Position numbers and translations under genes: made by a program. Positions 1-9,977 of a stretch of 64,000 nucleotides of DNA are shown here, in pieces. The DNA lies in assembly GCA_963678315.1 (NCBI GenBank), contig OY782781.1, forward strand, positions 1,024,001 to 1,088,000, in the 5' to 3' direction. The notes under the pieces were generated by a model. It was not told the DNA's origin. It saw nothing but the letters and a program-made list of their open reading frames with translations, and made no database searches. How positions within the stretch are numbered: the stretch's first letter is position 1; every line of letters begins with the position of its first letter. The DNA comes from Candidatus Cloacimonadales bacterium (GTDB lineage Bacteria > Cloacimonadota > Cloacimonadia > Cloacimonadales > JAFGVF01).

Positions 1-1
1 A

Positions 2-1525
2 TTGCGTATTAAGAAATCCAAGGCTGAGCTTGGTGGTGGTGAGAAAAGAATTGATGCTCAACATGCGAAAGGTAAACTGACTGCAAGAGAAAGAATTGCA
101 AATCTAGTTGACCCTGATAGCTTTGAAGAGTTTGACCTCTTTGTTGAACACAATTGTCAAGACTTTGGAATGGAAAAAAACAAGTTTCCAAGTGATGGTG
201 TAGTAACTGGCTGTGGAACAATAAATGGAAGAATAGTCTATTTATTCTCTCAAGATTTCACAGTATTGGGTGGATCATTATCAAAAACTTATGCAGAGAA
301 AATTTGTAAAGTGATGGATATGGCTATGAAAATGGGAGCTCCAGTTATCGGGCTTAACGATTCTGGTGGAGCAAGAATCCAAGAGGGTGTAGATGCCCTT
401 GCAGGTTATGCAGAAATCTTCTACAGAAATGTGATGGCTTCTGGTGTTGTCCCACAGATTTCAGCTATATTAGGACCATGTGCAGGTGGTGCAGTTTATT
501 CTCCAGCAATCACTGACTTTGTAATGATGGATAAAAAGAACAGTTATATGTTCGTTACTGGTCCAAAAGTTGTTAAGACCGTGCTTAATCAAGATGTTAC
601 AGTTGACCAGCTTGGTGGAGCTATGGCTCATGCAACAAAATCTGGTGTTACTCATTTCGTTACTGAAAACGAAGAGGAAACAATATTACTTATAAAGAAA
701 TTATTAAGCTATATTCCTTCAAATAACCTAGATGAACCTCCTTATATCCCAAATGAGGACCCTATAGATAGAGAATGTGCAGAATTAGAAAACATTATTC
801 CTGAAAACCCTAATAAACCTTACGACATCTTAGATGTGATTCACTCAATCGTGGATGAAGGTGAATTCTTAGAAGTTTCAAGAAACTATGCACAAAATAT
901 TGTTGTTGGTTTTGCTCGTTTCAATGGCTACTCAGTAGGTATTGTTGCTAACCAACCTAAAGTTCTTGCTGGTGTGCTTGATATTAATGCTTCAGGTAAA
1001 GCAGCTAGATTCGTTAGATTCTGTGATTCATTCAATATCCCAATTCTTGTTCTTGAAGATGTTCCTGGCTTCTTACCTGGTCCTAACCAAGAACATAACG
1101 GTATCATTAAACACGGTGCTAAACTACTATACGCTTTCGCTGAAGCAACTGTTCCTAAAATGACAGTTATCCTTAGAAAAGCTTACGGTGGTGCTTATTG
1201 TGTGATGAATAGTAGACACATGAGAGCAGACATGGTTTATGCTTGGCCTTCAGCAGAGATTGCTGTTATGGGTCCTGGTGGAGCTGTGGAAGTTATCTTT
1301 AGAAAAGAAGCACAAGCTTCAGATAATCCTAAAGAAACTATGAAAAAGCGTGAAGATGAGTATCGTGAGAAATTCGCTAACCCATATAACGCTGCAAAAA
1401 AAGGTTATATAGATGATATTATTGAGCCAGGAAGAACTCGTTTTAGGGTTATCAGAGCTCTCGAAATGTTAGCTAATAAGAAAGATTCAATACCACCTCG
1501 TAAGCATGGAAACATTCCTTTATAG
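2..1525 (+). CDS. mmdA: Acyl-CoA (methylmalonyl-/propionyl-CoA) carboxyltransferase, decarboxylase alpha subunit; probably 5'-truncated by the window edge
   Basis: [39 protein letters not shown] and C-terminal KHGNIPL motifs; first gene of an alpha-delta-gamma-beta operon. Confidence 0.88.
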   Translation: MRIKKSKAELGGGEKRIDAQHAKGKLTARERIANLVDPDSFEEFDLFVEHNCQDFGMEKNKFPSDGVVTGCGTINGRIVYLFSQDFTVLGGSLSKTYAEKICKVMDMAMKMGAPVIGLNDSGGARIQEGVDALAGYAEIFYRNVMASGVVPQISAILGPCAGGAVYSPAITDFVMMDKKNSYMFVTGPKVVKTVLNQDVTVDQLGGAMAHATKSGVTHFVTENEEETILLIKKLLSYIPSNNLDEPPYIPNEDPIDRECAELENIIPENPNKPYDILDVIHSIVDEGEFLEVSRNYAQNIVVGFARFNGYSVGIVANQPKVLAGVLDINASGKAARFVRFCDSFNIPILVLEDVPGFLPGPNQEHNGIIKHGAKLLYAFAEATVPKMTVILRKAYGGAYCVMNSRHMRADMVYAWPSAEIAVMGPGGAVEVIFRKEAQASDNPKETMKKREDEYREKFANPYNAAKKGYIDDIIEPGRTRFRVIRALEMLANKKDSIPPRKHGNIPL

Positions 1526-1533
1526 GTGTAATC

Positions 1534-2244
1534 ATGAGTAAAATTAAAAGTATTATAATCGTACTTCTCATCTTAATAACTTCTGCAACATTATTCTCTT
1601 TTGATAATGCAGACATTACCTTCAAAAAGAATGGTGAAAATGTTACTTTCACTATATCTGATGATTACTGCTTGAAAGCTATTGCTGATAGTGTTAATAT
1701 GCCAATTAAAAAGCTTAAATACATGCTTAAAGATGAATTGAAAGCTTATGGTGAAGAAAATGAAGCATTTGCAGGCATGAAATCTCAAAACAGATCTTGG
1801 GACAACATTTCTCTCAATGAATTAAATATTGAACCAAAGGCTGTTGTCGATCACTTCAATAACTTTACAGATAGTGCCCTTAGCTTCGGCGGTAGTGTAA
1901 CTTTAGTAGGTATCTTAGTAGTTTTCTTTTCTCTTGTGCTAATTAGTGTTTTGATTGCTCAATTCCAGCACCTTGATAAAGCTAGTGCTCCTAAGCCAAC
2001 TAAAAAACCGTCAAAGAAGACTACTGTAGCAACCCCAGTTGGTAAAGTTACTGCAGATTCAAATGCAATATCTTCAAACGCTATTGTTGCAGTTATAACA
2101 GCTTTACATAAACATAAGATGTTAGTTGAAGAAAGACGTAGAATCCAAATGACATTTTCTAGAACTCCTGTAAATATGTGGTCTGCTTCAAATAAAATGT
2201 CAATGCCTAATCTTGCTTATAAGAAACCTGAGAGGAATAAATAA
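1534..2244 (+). CDS. OadG/MmdD-like membrane (delta) subunit of the Na+-translocating decarboxylase, with N-terminal extension
   Basis: TM segment GILVVFFSLVLISVLI, a Pro/Lys linker and an 'AIVAVITALH' motif typical of OadG; position between alpha and biotin carrier. Confidence 0.65.
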   Translation: MSKIKSIIIVLLILITSATLFSFDNADITFKKNGENVTFTISDDYCLKAIADSVNMPIKKLKYMLKDELKAYGEENEAFAGMKSQNRSWDNISLNELNIEPKAVVDHFNNFTDSALSFGGSVTLVGILVVFFSLVLISVLIAQFQHLDKASAPKPTKKPSKKTTVATPVGKVTADSNAISSNAIVAVITALHKHKMLVEERRRIQMTFSRTPVNMWSASNKMSMPNLAYKKPERNK

Positions 2245-2963
2245 TGAAGAAATATAAAATGACTATAAATGGTGAAAAATACGAAGCTAGAATCGTATCT
2301 TTCGATGCTGAACAAGCTAAGGTAGAAGTTAATGGAAATACTTTCTTAGTTGAATTTGACGAAACTGAAGCAGTTAATATACCTAAGATTTCTCGTACAA
2401 CAAGAGAAGTTCCAGGTGCTCCACAGTTATCAGTTGACTATGCTGATGGCACTGTGAAAGCTCCTATCCCTGGTGTTATTGTTTCAATTAAAAATAAAGT
2501 TGGTGACCGTGTAGAAAAAGGTTCTCCAATTGTAATATTAGAAGCTATGAAGATGGAATCAGAAATTGAAGCTCCTGCTTCTGGTGTGATTGAAGAGATT
2601 CTTGTTAAAGAAAAAGCTGCTGTTCACGAAGGTGATGCTTTAGTGAAAATTAAGTTTGATGCTCCTGTTGAAGCTCCAAAAGCTAAAAAAGCTCCAGCAA
2701 GAACTGCTCCAACACCTCAAACTCAAGCTAAACCTGCTTCTTCAGGTGCTAACAGTATCGTAGCTCCTATTCCAGGAACTATCATAGATGTACTTGTTAA
2801 AGAAGGTGATACTCTTACTGCAGATCAAGCTGTTATTATTCTTGAAGCTATGAAAATGGAATCAGAAGTTTCTTCTGACTATGCTGGAAAAGTAAAGAAA
2901 GTACTTGTTTCTAAAGGTCAAGCAGTTCAAGAAGGTGAAGAACTCATCATTCTAGGAGATTAA
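2244..2963 (+). CDS. mmdC: Biotin carboxyl carrier (gamma) subunit with two biotinyl domains
   Basis: Two EAMKM motifs separated by an Ala/Pro-rich linker; N-terminal MKKYKMTING.Y. Confidence 0.85.
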   Translation: MKKYKMTINGEKYEARIVSFDAEQAKVEVNGNTFLVEFDETEAVNIPKISRTTREVPGAPQLSVDYADGTVKAPIPGVIVSIKNKVGDRVEKGSPIVILEAMKMESEIEAPASGVIEEILVKEKAAVHEGDALVKIKFDAPVEAPKAKKAPARTAPTPQTQAKPASSGANSIVAPIPGTIIDVLVKEGDTLTADQAVIILEAMKMESEVSSDYAGKVKKVLVSKGQAVQEGEELIILGD

Positions 2964-2965
2964 TA

Positions 2966-4093
2966 ATGGTTGAATTTATAAATTTCTTTGAAACTACAGG
3001 CTTCTATAATATTAACTATCAATACGTACTAATGATGATAATTGGTATGGTGTTTGTTTACCTAGGTATTGCTAAACACTATGAACCATTATTATTAGTT
3101 CCGATTGGTTTTGGTATTATTATTGGAAACATCCCTGGTGTAAGTTTACAGGGGCAAAGTGTTTATGATGAAGGATCAGTGCTATATTATCTATATCAAG
3201 GGGTTAGTAAAGGGTATTATCCTCCTCTAATCTTCCTAGGTATTGGTGCTATGACAGACTTCTCAACGCTTATAGCCAACCCTAAGCTTATTCTTATTGG
3301 TGCTGCTGCTCAAGCAGGTATCTTTATTACATTTATCGGTTCTTTATTACTAGGCTTCAATGTTATGGAAGCAGCTTCTATAGGTATTATCGGTGGTGCT
3401 GACGGTCCTACCTCTATCTACATTTCATCTAAGCTAGCTCCTCATTTATTAGGTGCTATTGCTATTGCTGCTTATTCATATATGGCTTTGGTTCCTGTTA
3501 TTCAACCACCAATTATGAAGCTCTTAACTACCAAAAAAGAACGTGAGATATATATGAAAACACCTAGACTTGTCTCAAAACGTGAAAAGATTATATTCCC
3601 TATTGTGGGTCTTATCGTTACATGTTTCATCGCTCCAGGTGGTATTTCATTACTTGCTATGCTTTTCTTTGGAAACTTACTTAAAGAGTGTGGTGTGACT
3701 GAGAGATTAGCTGATACTGCTAGAAATTCTCTAATGAATATTATTACTATTCTTCTTGGTGTAACAGTTGGTGCAAGTACTGATGCAAGCAAATTCCTTA
3801 ATTTCTCATCAATCAAGATATTCATTCTTGGTGCTTTCTCTTTCTGTGTAGCTACTGCTTTTGGTATCATTTTTACTAAATTCATGAACCTATTCTTGAA
3901 AGAGAAAATTAATCCTCTAATTGGTAACGCTGGTGTGTCTGCTGTGCCTGACTCTGCTCGTGTCTCCCAAATTGAAGGTCAAAAATATAACAAACGTAAT
4001 TTCCTATTAATGCATGCTATGGCACCTAATGTATCTGGTGTTATAGGCTCAGCTGTGGCTGCTGGTGTTATGCTAGGTATTCTAGGAAACTAA
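2966..4093 (+). CDS. mmdB: Na+-translocating decarboxylase beta subunit (OadB/MmdB/GcdB family)
   Basis: EPLLLVPIGFG, IGIIGGADGPT, AAYSYMALVP, GVIGSAVAAG motifs; highly hydrophobic. Confidence 0.92.
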   Translation: MVEFINFFETTGFYNINYQYVLMMIIGMVFVYLGIAKHYEPLLLVPIGFGIIIGNIPGVSLQGQSVYDEGSVLYYLYQGVSKGYYPPLIFLGIGAMTDFSTLIANPKLILIGAAAQAGIFITFIGSLLLGFNVMEAASIGIIGGADGPTSIYISSKLAPHLLGAIAIAAYSYMALVPVIQPPIMKLLTTKKEREIYMKTPRLVSKREKIIFPIVGLIVTCFIAPGGISLLAMLFFGNLLKECGVTERLADTARNSLMNIITILLGVTVGASTDASKFLNFSSIKIFILGAFSFCVATAFGIIFTKFMNLFLKEKINPLIGNAGVSAVPDSARVSQIEGQKYNKRNFLLMHAMAPNVSGVIGSAVAAGVMLGILGN

Positions 4094-4115
4094 AATATAA
4101 TATATTACAAGCAAG

Positions 4116-4149
4116 AAGAGTGTTGACCAAGGTCAGCACTCTTTTTTTT
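4116..4149 (+). terminator. Intrinsic terminator after decarboxylase operon
   Basis: AAGAGTGTTGACC-AA-GGTCAGCACTCTT hairpin followed by T-tract. Confidence 0.8.
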
Positions 4150-4164
4150 ATTATTGAATAGAGA

Positions 4165-4542
4165 TTATTTTATAATATCGAACGAACCTACTTTGTAGTT
4201 GCCCCAGAACCTGCTATAAACAAGGACCAATCTATAATTATTATTCATAGCAATCGGTTGTTTAATATTGAGAGTTCTTATACTATGCTTGATTACTAAT
4301 GAGTTAACTGGTTGATTTAAGGGGTATCTTATTTTAAAACCATTTACTACTGAGCCTGAAGCATAGAGGTGATTATTAATTAAAACATCAACACTAACAT
4401 CTACAAGGAAGTATTTAGGAATAGCTTCTATTTCGAGATAGAAGGCTGAATCTTGGGTCGCATTTTGAGTGAGTTGACTACCGCAGGAACTACAAAATTT
4501 AGCTGAATCTTGATTTTCTATACCACAATTTGGACAAAACAT
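4165..4542 (-). CDS. Zinc-ribbon domain protein
   Basis: N-terminal MFCPNCG...AKFCSSCG; GGAGG RBS upstream. Confidence 0.75.
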   Translation of the reverse strand: MFCPNCGIENQDSAKFCSSCGSQLTQNATQDSAFYLEIEAIPKYFLVDVSVDVLINNHLYASGSVVNGFKIRYPLNQPVNSLVIKHSIRTLNIKQPIAMNNNYRLVLVYSRFWGNYKVGSFDIIK

Positions 4543-4627
4543 ATATCCTCCAATAATATTTTCTTCTTATCAGAATCATTGTATATGTTTTGTATTCAAA
4601 GTATATTTGTGTCAATATTTTCTTGCA

Positions 4628-4662
4628 TAAAGAAAGAGAGTATTACAAAAGCAATACTCTCT
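4628..4662 (-). terminator. Intrinsic terminator after groES-trxA
   Basis: AGAGAGTATTGC-TTTT-GTAATACTCTCT hairpin then TTCTTT on the minus strand. Confidence 0.65.
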
Positions 4663-4695
4663 AAAAGGGGTTATGTCTAAATCTTACAAGATAAT

Positions 4696-5010
4696 CTATA
4701 AGTATGGATCAATCTTTTCAGTAAGTTTAGATTTATTAACTAAGCCAACAGTTTGTTCTTTAACTTCGCCATCTTTAAAAAGGATGACTGTTGGGATAGA
4801 CATTACAGAGAATTTACCTGCTAAGGCAGGAGATTCATCAATATTAATCTTTACTACTTTAATTTTGCCTTCGTATTCAGATGCTATTTTTTCAATAGTA
4901 GGTGTAAGAGCTTTACAAGGACCACACCAAGGTGCCCAAAAATCAGCTAATACAGGAACATCTGACTGTGCAACAACTTCGTCGAAATTAGTTTCGTTAA
5001 CTTCTATCAT
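4696..5010 (-). CDS. trxA: Thioredoxin
   Basis: DFWAPWCGPCK active site, SIPT cis-Pro motif. Confidence 0.96.
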   Translation of the reverse strand: MIEVNETNFDEVVAQSDVPVLADFWAPWCGPCKALTPTIEKIASEYEGKIKVVKINIDESPALAGKFSVMSIPTVILFKDGEVKEQTVGLVNKSKLTEKIDPYL

Positions 5011-5012
5011 TA

Positions 5013-5285
5013 TTACTCCACAATTGCTAAGATGTCTGAACGAGAAAGTATAAGATATTTTTCACCATCTAATTCTACTTCACTTCCACCGTACTTAGCA
5101 TAAAGAACATTATCACCTACTTTAACAACTTCTTGCAAGTCTTCGTCGTTTCCAACAGCGATAACTTCACCGATTTGAGGTTTTTCTTTAGCTGTATCAG
5201 GAATATATAAGTTCCCAACTTTAGTTTCAGTAGGTTTAGTATCCAACTTAATAACCACGCGATCATCAATAGGTTTTAGTAACAT
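5013..5285 (-). CDS. groES: Co-chaperonin GroES
   Basis: KPIDDRVVI, IPDTAKEKPQ.GEVIAVG, VKVGD.VLYAKYGG.EV motifs. Confidence 0.95.
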   Translation of the reverse strand: MLLKPIDDRVVIKLDTKPTETKVGNLYIPDTAKEKPQIGEVIAVGNDEDLQEVVKVGDNVLYAKYGGSEVELDGEKYLILSRSDILAIVE

Positions 5286-5361
5286 CTTTGTACCTCCATC
5301 ATAATAAATATGTTTTTGATATTATAAGTTTTATCTATTTAGCAAACAAAATATATGACTG

Positions 5362-7827
5362 CTAAATTACGTCAAGTTTATTTTTCTTTTTATTTATAAA
5401 TATACCAGCAATAAGCATCAATGTAGATATTACAAGTCCAATTAAAGACAGATTTTTACTTAACTTATAGCTTTCTGGAGCGAATACCATTTCAATTTTC
5501 TGGGTATTTGCGGGAACTTTCACACCTCTAAGGATATGATTTACTGGATAAATTGGAATTTCCTTGCCATCGGCATAGGCTTTCCAACCTTTTGGATAAT
5601 ATATTTCACTTACAACAAGAAAACCATCTTTTTCTAGATTTTTTATATTGAAAGCAACTTTATGATGATAATCTTCTTGTGGAATTTGTTCAACAATACC
5701 ATGACCAAGCTTAGTATCCATTTCAATAGATTCTTCAAGAATAGCAGTATAAGCAGGATCAAAAGATTTACTTCCTAAGAAGCTCAATCTATCTTCTTTA
5801 TCTTCTTTAACTAGAAGTTGTTTAACAAACCAAGCTCTATCCATAGCCCCCATATTAGGAACTAAATATTGTTTATTATCACCACTTCCTACGGAAGCGA
5901 CTGCATTAAAATTGCTAGCATACTGAGCATCTCTTGTTATCAAATATCTAGCATTAAGCATATTAATTGAGTTGAAGTTAAGAGCATTCTTTCTAAGGTC
6001 TTCAATGCGTTGAAGTTTAGCTCCGTGATAACCACCAGTCATTTGATTATAGCTTGCCCAAGTTACATCATCCATATTATCTAAAACATGCACTCGATAA
6101 GTACCTTTTGCATTATTATCTAGTAGATATTTATCAATAGAATTCATAGCAATTTCTGTCGAATCCTTATGAGGGTATAATTTCTTAAAATAAGCACTGT
6201 TTACATGTGATAAATCGTAGATTATAAATACACCAATAATCAGGATAAATACATTCTTAGATATCATTTTCTTTGTATAGAAGAAGATAAGTCCAAAGCC
6301 TGCTGCTAATAAGAATAATCCCATGGATACAGAATCAGTAAGTAGTTTCAATCTTTCAGCTTTGATTGGTCTTATATGGTCCTGGAACTGTGGCGAATTC
6401 ATGAATTGATTAACATCAATATTGTTTTCATTAGCATATTCTGCATATCTTTCTATTTCTGGAGCTCCCATAAAAGCCATATCTTTGAAGATTGTTGAAC
6501 CTGCCACTAAGTTTATGAAGAAGAGACCAACAAATGAGAAGAAGCATATTTTCATAATTTTATTGAACTTCTCATCGTCTTTTTTATTTAGGACCTCTTT
6601 AAATCCTAATGCTGACAGAACAATCATCAAAATTTGCATTATAACAAGATGTGTTGCAGGAACTCTGAATTTATTAAATCCTGGAAGGTGGTCATGCAAG
6701 AAGTTTGATACAAGAGGGAAGTGTCTTCCCATAGACATAATCATAGCCAAGACAACCCCTAACCAAAGAATTTTTGCATACTTTGACTTGGAATAGAAGA
6801 AGGCTAACACCCCTAGTAGTAGAATTATAACTCCTGTATAGTGATAGGCTTGAGTAAATTGCATCCAGCCCCAATAAGATTTTCCTGAACCTTGTGTAGA
6901 GATACCACCAAAGAAATCAGGGAACAAGAATTCTACAAACTCAGCAGGATGCATTGACCAGCTCTGAGCGTATCCTTTTTCTAGTCCACCTTCACCACCA
7001 CGCATACTATATTTAGAATACTCAAAGTTTGAAAGATGTGGATTAGCAACAGCCAGTGCAGATAGAGTAAAGCCAATTAATAGTAAAATAGTAAACAATC
7101 CATGAGCTTTAATTGTCTTATTTTTGATAGCTAATACAAGTTCATATATCCAGAAAACTCCTAAGAATAAGAACATATAGTAGGTGATTTGCAGATGGTT
7201 AGCTCTTAATTCTGAGATTAAAGAAACAGCAAAGAAGCCCAATCCCAGCAGGTTCCTTTTCTCTTTTAAATAGATAAAGGAGTATAGCACCCAAGGTAAA
7301 ATCATTATTGCCTGGAACTTAGTATTATGTCCCATATCTAATAAAGCTACATAATGGGAGGATAAACTAAATGCTAGACCACATATAGAAGCAACCAGGT
7401 TATTCATTTTCAAGAATCTCAGTAAGAAGAAAATGCCTAGTGCTCCTAAAATGAGGTAGGTAAGCTTCCAACTTACAACAGAATGTATTGTATTTATGAT
7501 AGTATTAGTAAAAGGATATTTGTAAGGAAAGCTAATAAGATAGTTTGGCATTCCACCAAAAATATTACTGTTCCATAGAGCTGGGTCTGAGTGTTCTTCA
7601 TTGTATTTAATCACATCATAAGCGGATTTACGCCATTGGTTTGTATCTGGAGCTTCTGGTTCATAGTGAAGAAAACCAATCTTGAAAAACATTATTGAAA
7701 GTACAATTACAATTAATCCAATACCAAACCATTTGTTCTTTAGAAGTGATTCGATAAAAATCCCGATTGGACTTTCGTTTGTTTGCTTGTTAATATTTTT
7801 TCTAACTACTTTATTTCTCTTGCTCAT
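5362..7827 (-). CDS. YfhO-family polytopic membrane protein (GT-C-like)
   Basis: LWNSNIFGGMP, many TM helices, FRVP, GYHGAKL and C-terminal SEIYYPKGWKAY.DG motif. Confidence 0.75.
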   Translation of the reverse strand: MSKRNKVVRKNINKQTNESPIGIFIESLLKNKWFGIGLIVIVLSIMFFKIGFLHYEPEAPDTNQWRKSAYDVIKYNEEHSDPALWNSNIFGGMPNYLISFPYKYPFTNTIINTIHSVVSWKLTYLILGALGIFFLLRFLKMNNLVASICGLAFSLSSHYVALLDMGHNTKFQAIMILPWVLYSFIYLKEKRNLLGLGFFAVSLISELRANHLQITYYMFLFLGVFWIYELVLAIKNKTIKAHGLFTILLLIGFTLSALAVANPHLSNFEYSKYSMRGGEGGLEKGYAQSWSMHPAEFVEFLFPDFFGGISTQGSGKSYWGWMQFTQAYHYTGVIILLLGVLAFFYSKSKYAKILWLGVVLAMIMSMGRHFPLVSNFLHDHLPGFNKFRVPATHLVIMQILMIVLSALGFKEVLNKKDDEKFNKIMKICFFSFVGLFFINLVAGSTIFKDMAFMGAPEIERYAEYANENNIDVNQFMNSPQFQDHIRPIKAERLKLLTDSVSMGLFLLAAGFGLIFFYTKKMISKNVFILIIGVFIIYDLSHVNSAYFKKLYPHKDSTEIAMNSIDKYLLDNNAKGTYRVHVLDNMDDVTWASYNQMTGGYHGAKLQRIEDLRKNALNFNSINMLNARYLITRDAQYASNFNAVASVGSGDNKQYLVPNMGAMDRAWFVKQLLVKEDKEDRLSFLGSKSFDPAYTAILEESIEMDTKLGHGIVEQIPQEDYHHKVAFNIKNLEKDGFLVVSEIYYPKGWKAYADGKEIPIYPVNHILRGVKVPANTQKIEMVFAPESYKLSKNLSLIGLVISTLMLIAGIFINKKKNKLDVI

Positions 7828-7835
7828 TTAGTCTC

Positions 7836-8510
7836 CTACATCTTGCAGAAATTCAAGATTACAAGTTCATTTTGTTCTGCATCTTGGCTATTAGAACAAT
7901 CATAATAGCAATTATCTTTAACTCTATCATCTTCTTTTAGGTTTCTTTCAAGCATTGCCGACCCTTCTTGGAAATTTAATTCAGGATGGAATTGAACACC
8001 GTACACAGGATTATCTCCCCACTGGAGTGCTTGAACCTGAAGATTCTTATTTTTTGCAATGATTTTAAAAGTATCTTCATGATTAACAACTTCGTCAAAA
8101 TGAGATTGCATAAAAGTAGGATTTGATATTCCCTTAAAAAGAGGATTATCTTCTATCTCAATGCTAGTAAAACCAAACTCAAAGTTCTGAGCTTTTCTAC
8201 AACATTCATCCCCACCTAAGGCTCTAGCTAGCATTTGATGTCCATAGCATATACCAAGAATTGGTTTACCTGCAAAAATGAACTCATTGATAACAGTAAA
8301 AACATCGCTCTGTTCAATATGTTGACTTGATGCAGAAAGCTCTGAACCAGAGATTAACAACTTGTCGTATTTAGAATAATCAATGTTTAGATTACTAGAA
8401 AAAAGTCTTTTAATTTCGTATTTATAATTGTCCTTTAATATTCTATCAATGCTTTGTTTAAACCTAAAAGAAGCATCTTCATTTTTTATTGTATCAAAGA
8501 TAAGAATCAT
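7836..8510 (-). CDS. Class I glutamine amidotransferase-like protein
   Basis: PILGICYGHQ nucleophile elbow and QFHPE motif. Confidence 0.85.
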   Translation of the reverse strand: MILIFDTIKNEDASFRFKQSIDRILKDNYKYEIKRLFSSNLNIDYSKYDKLLISGSELSASSQHIEQSDVFTVINEFIFAGKPILGICYGHQMLARALGGDECCRKAQNFEFGFTSIEIEDNPLFKGISNPTFMQSHFDEVVNHEDTFKIIAKNKNLQVQALQWGDNPVYGVQFHPELNFQEGSAMLERNLKEDDRVKDNCYYDCSNSQDAEQNELVILNFCKM

Positions 8511-8662
8511 TGTATAGCCTCATTATTTTTATATTTTTTTACATCATCTATTCTCTTGATAGGCTGTCAATAAAAAGATTAGTTTGATGAAGTAAAATAT
8601 TTTGCTAATTTAGAAATTGTCCAAAGGACTAAAGTTCTCTGGGCTTTTTCTATTCTCAATTA

Positions 8663-8997
8663 GTATAGACGAACGTCCTTTTGTCTATACAATTTGCTCT
8701 TTATGTCGCCCTTTCAGGGCTATTTTATTTGTGACCTATTACATGGAGGGCAAGCCTCCATGCTTAGTATATGCCACCCCTACGGGGTTTTTATGGATGT
8801 ATAGTCCTAAACAATGTGAATGTTTTTTGTGTTCTTCGTGCTTATCGTAGTGAACGTCTCTACAATTTGTGTAAGCATGAACTTTGTTCAACCTGTCGGT
8901 GGATGCTTACACTCCCCCTAACTCCAAACTTCTCTCCTAACTCAATCCTTACTGGCCTCATTGAAAAATCGGCCTTTTTTCAAGGGGACTAGTAAGG
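8663..8997. repeat. Modular REP/BIME-like repeat cluster 1 (C, F, hairpin, F, partial C, B, A; the A-B-C part reads on the minus strand)
   Basis: C 8663-8690 GTATAGACGAAC..TTGTCTATAC; F 8703-8721 and 8771-8789; hairpin 8742-8762; B 8869-8912 GTGTAAGCAT..ATGCTTACAC; A 8947-8997 CCTTACT..TTGAAAAA..TTTTTCAA..AGTAAGG; modules A, B, C and F recur elsewhere in the window. Confidence 0.85.
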
Positions 8998-9102
8998 GAG
9001 CCCTTAATTTGAATAAAAAAAGTCTTGTGTCTGCAAGAACTAAAAAAAGGATAAACTAATAGATAAAAATTCTTCTTTACATTTATTTAATAGTTTCACA
9101 GC

Positions 9103-9951
9103 ATGATAATCATGAAAATAATCGAATTATTAGAAGTTGCCAAGAGCAAATTTACCAAAGAAAATATAGAGAACCCAGACTTGAATGCAAGAATATTGCT
9201 TTCGGAAGTGACAGTTATTAAGCGTTTAATGTTAGATTTATATCTTAATGAAGAAGTTTCCCAAGAGCAGGAAGAACTTTTCTTAGAATATATTGAGAGA
9301 CGATCAAAGAATGAACCAATTCAACATATCTTAGGGTATACTGAATTCTATGATTTAAGAATCCAAGTTAGTAAGGATGTGTTGATTCCCAGACCCGAAA
9401 CTGAGTACTTGATAGAAATTATTTATGAAAGGATAAGAGATAAAGATAAGGTTAAGAGAATTATTGATATTGGGACTGGGTCGGGAGTGATTGCCTTGAT
9501 GTTAAAAAGGAAATTTCCTTCAGCAGATCTTGTAGCTATTGACATTTCTTCTCAAGCCTTGGCTATAGCTAGAGAAAATGCTAAAATAAATAATTTGGAA
9601 GTCAACTTTGTTGAGGCTGATTTGTTCAATGACGAATTAGGGTCCTTTGATTTAATAGTCTCTAATCCTCCTTATGTTACAGAGGAAGAGTACAAAATTC
9701 TACCTAAAGAAGTAAGAGATTTTGAACCCAAATTAGCTCTTGTAGGTGAAGAAGAAGGGCTTGTATATTATCGGAAAATAATCGAATTAAGTAGAACAAT
9801 ATTAAATGCTCAAGGAAGCATTTTCTTTGAAATTGGAGAAAGGCAAGGAAAAGCTATTTCTTTACTTGCTAAGAAAAATGGATTTAGTAAATTTGAAACT
9901 ATCAAAGACCTTGTTGGTAGAGACAGGTTTTTTGTTATAAATAATAGATAG
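9103..9951 (+). CDS. prmC: Release factor glutamine methyltransferase
   Basis: VLIPRPETE, DIGTGSG and SNPPY motifs. Confidence 0.95.
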   Translation: MIIMKIIELLEVAKSKFTKENIENPDLNARILLSEVTVIKRLMLDLYLNEEVSQEQEELFLEYIERRSKNEPIQHILGYTEFYDLRIQVSKDVLIPRPETEYLIEIIYERIRDKDKVKRIIDIGTGSGVIALMLKRKFPSADLVAIDISSQALAIARENAKINNLEVNFVEADLFNDELGSFDLIVSNPPYVTEEEYKILPKEVRDFEPKLALVGEEEGLVYYRKIIELSRTILNAQGSIFFEIGERQGKAISLLAKKNGFSKFETIKDLVGRDRFFVINNR

Positions 9952-9977
9952 ATAAAGATCATAGATTAGGAAGAGAT

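Noticed and set aside
8617..8992. ORFs 8617-8850 and 8771-8992
   Set aside because: They run across the hairpin repeat modules, have no clear RBS and show no protein motifs.
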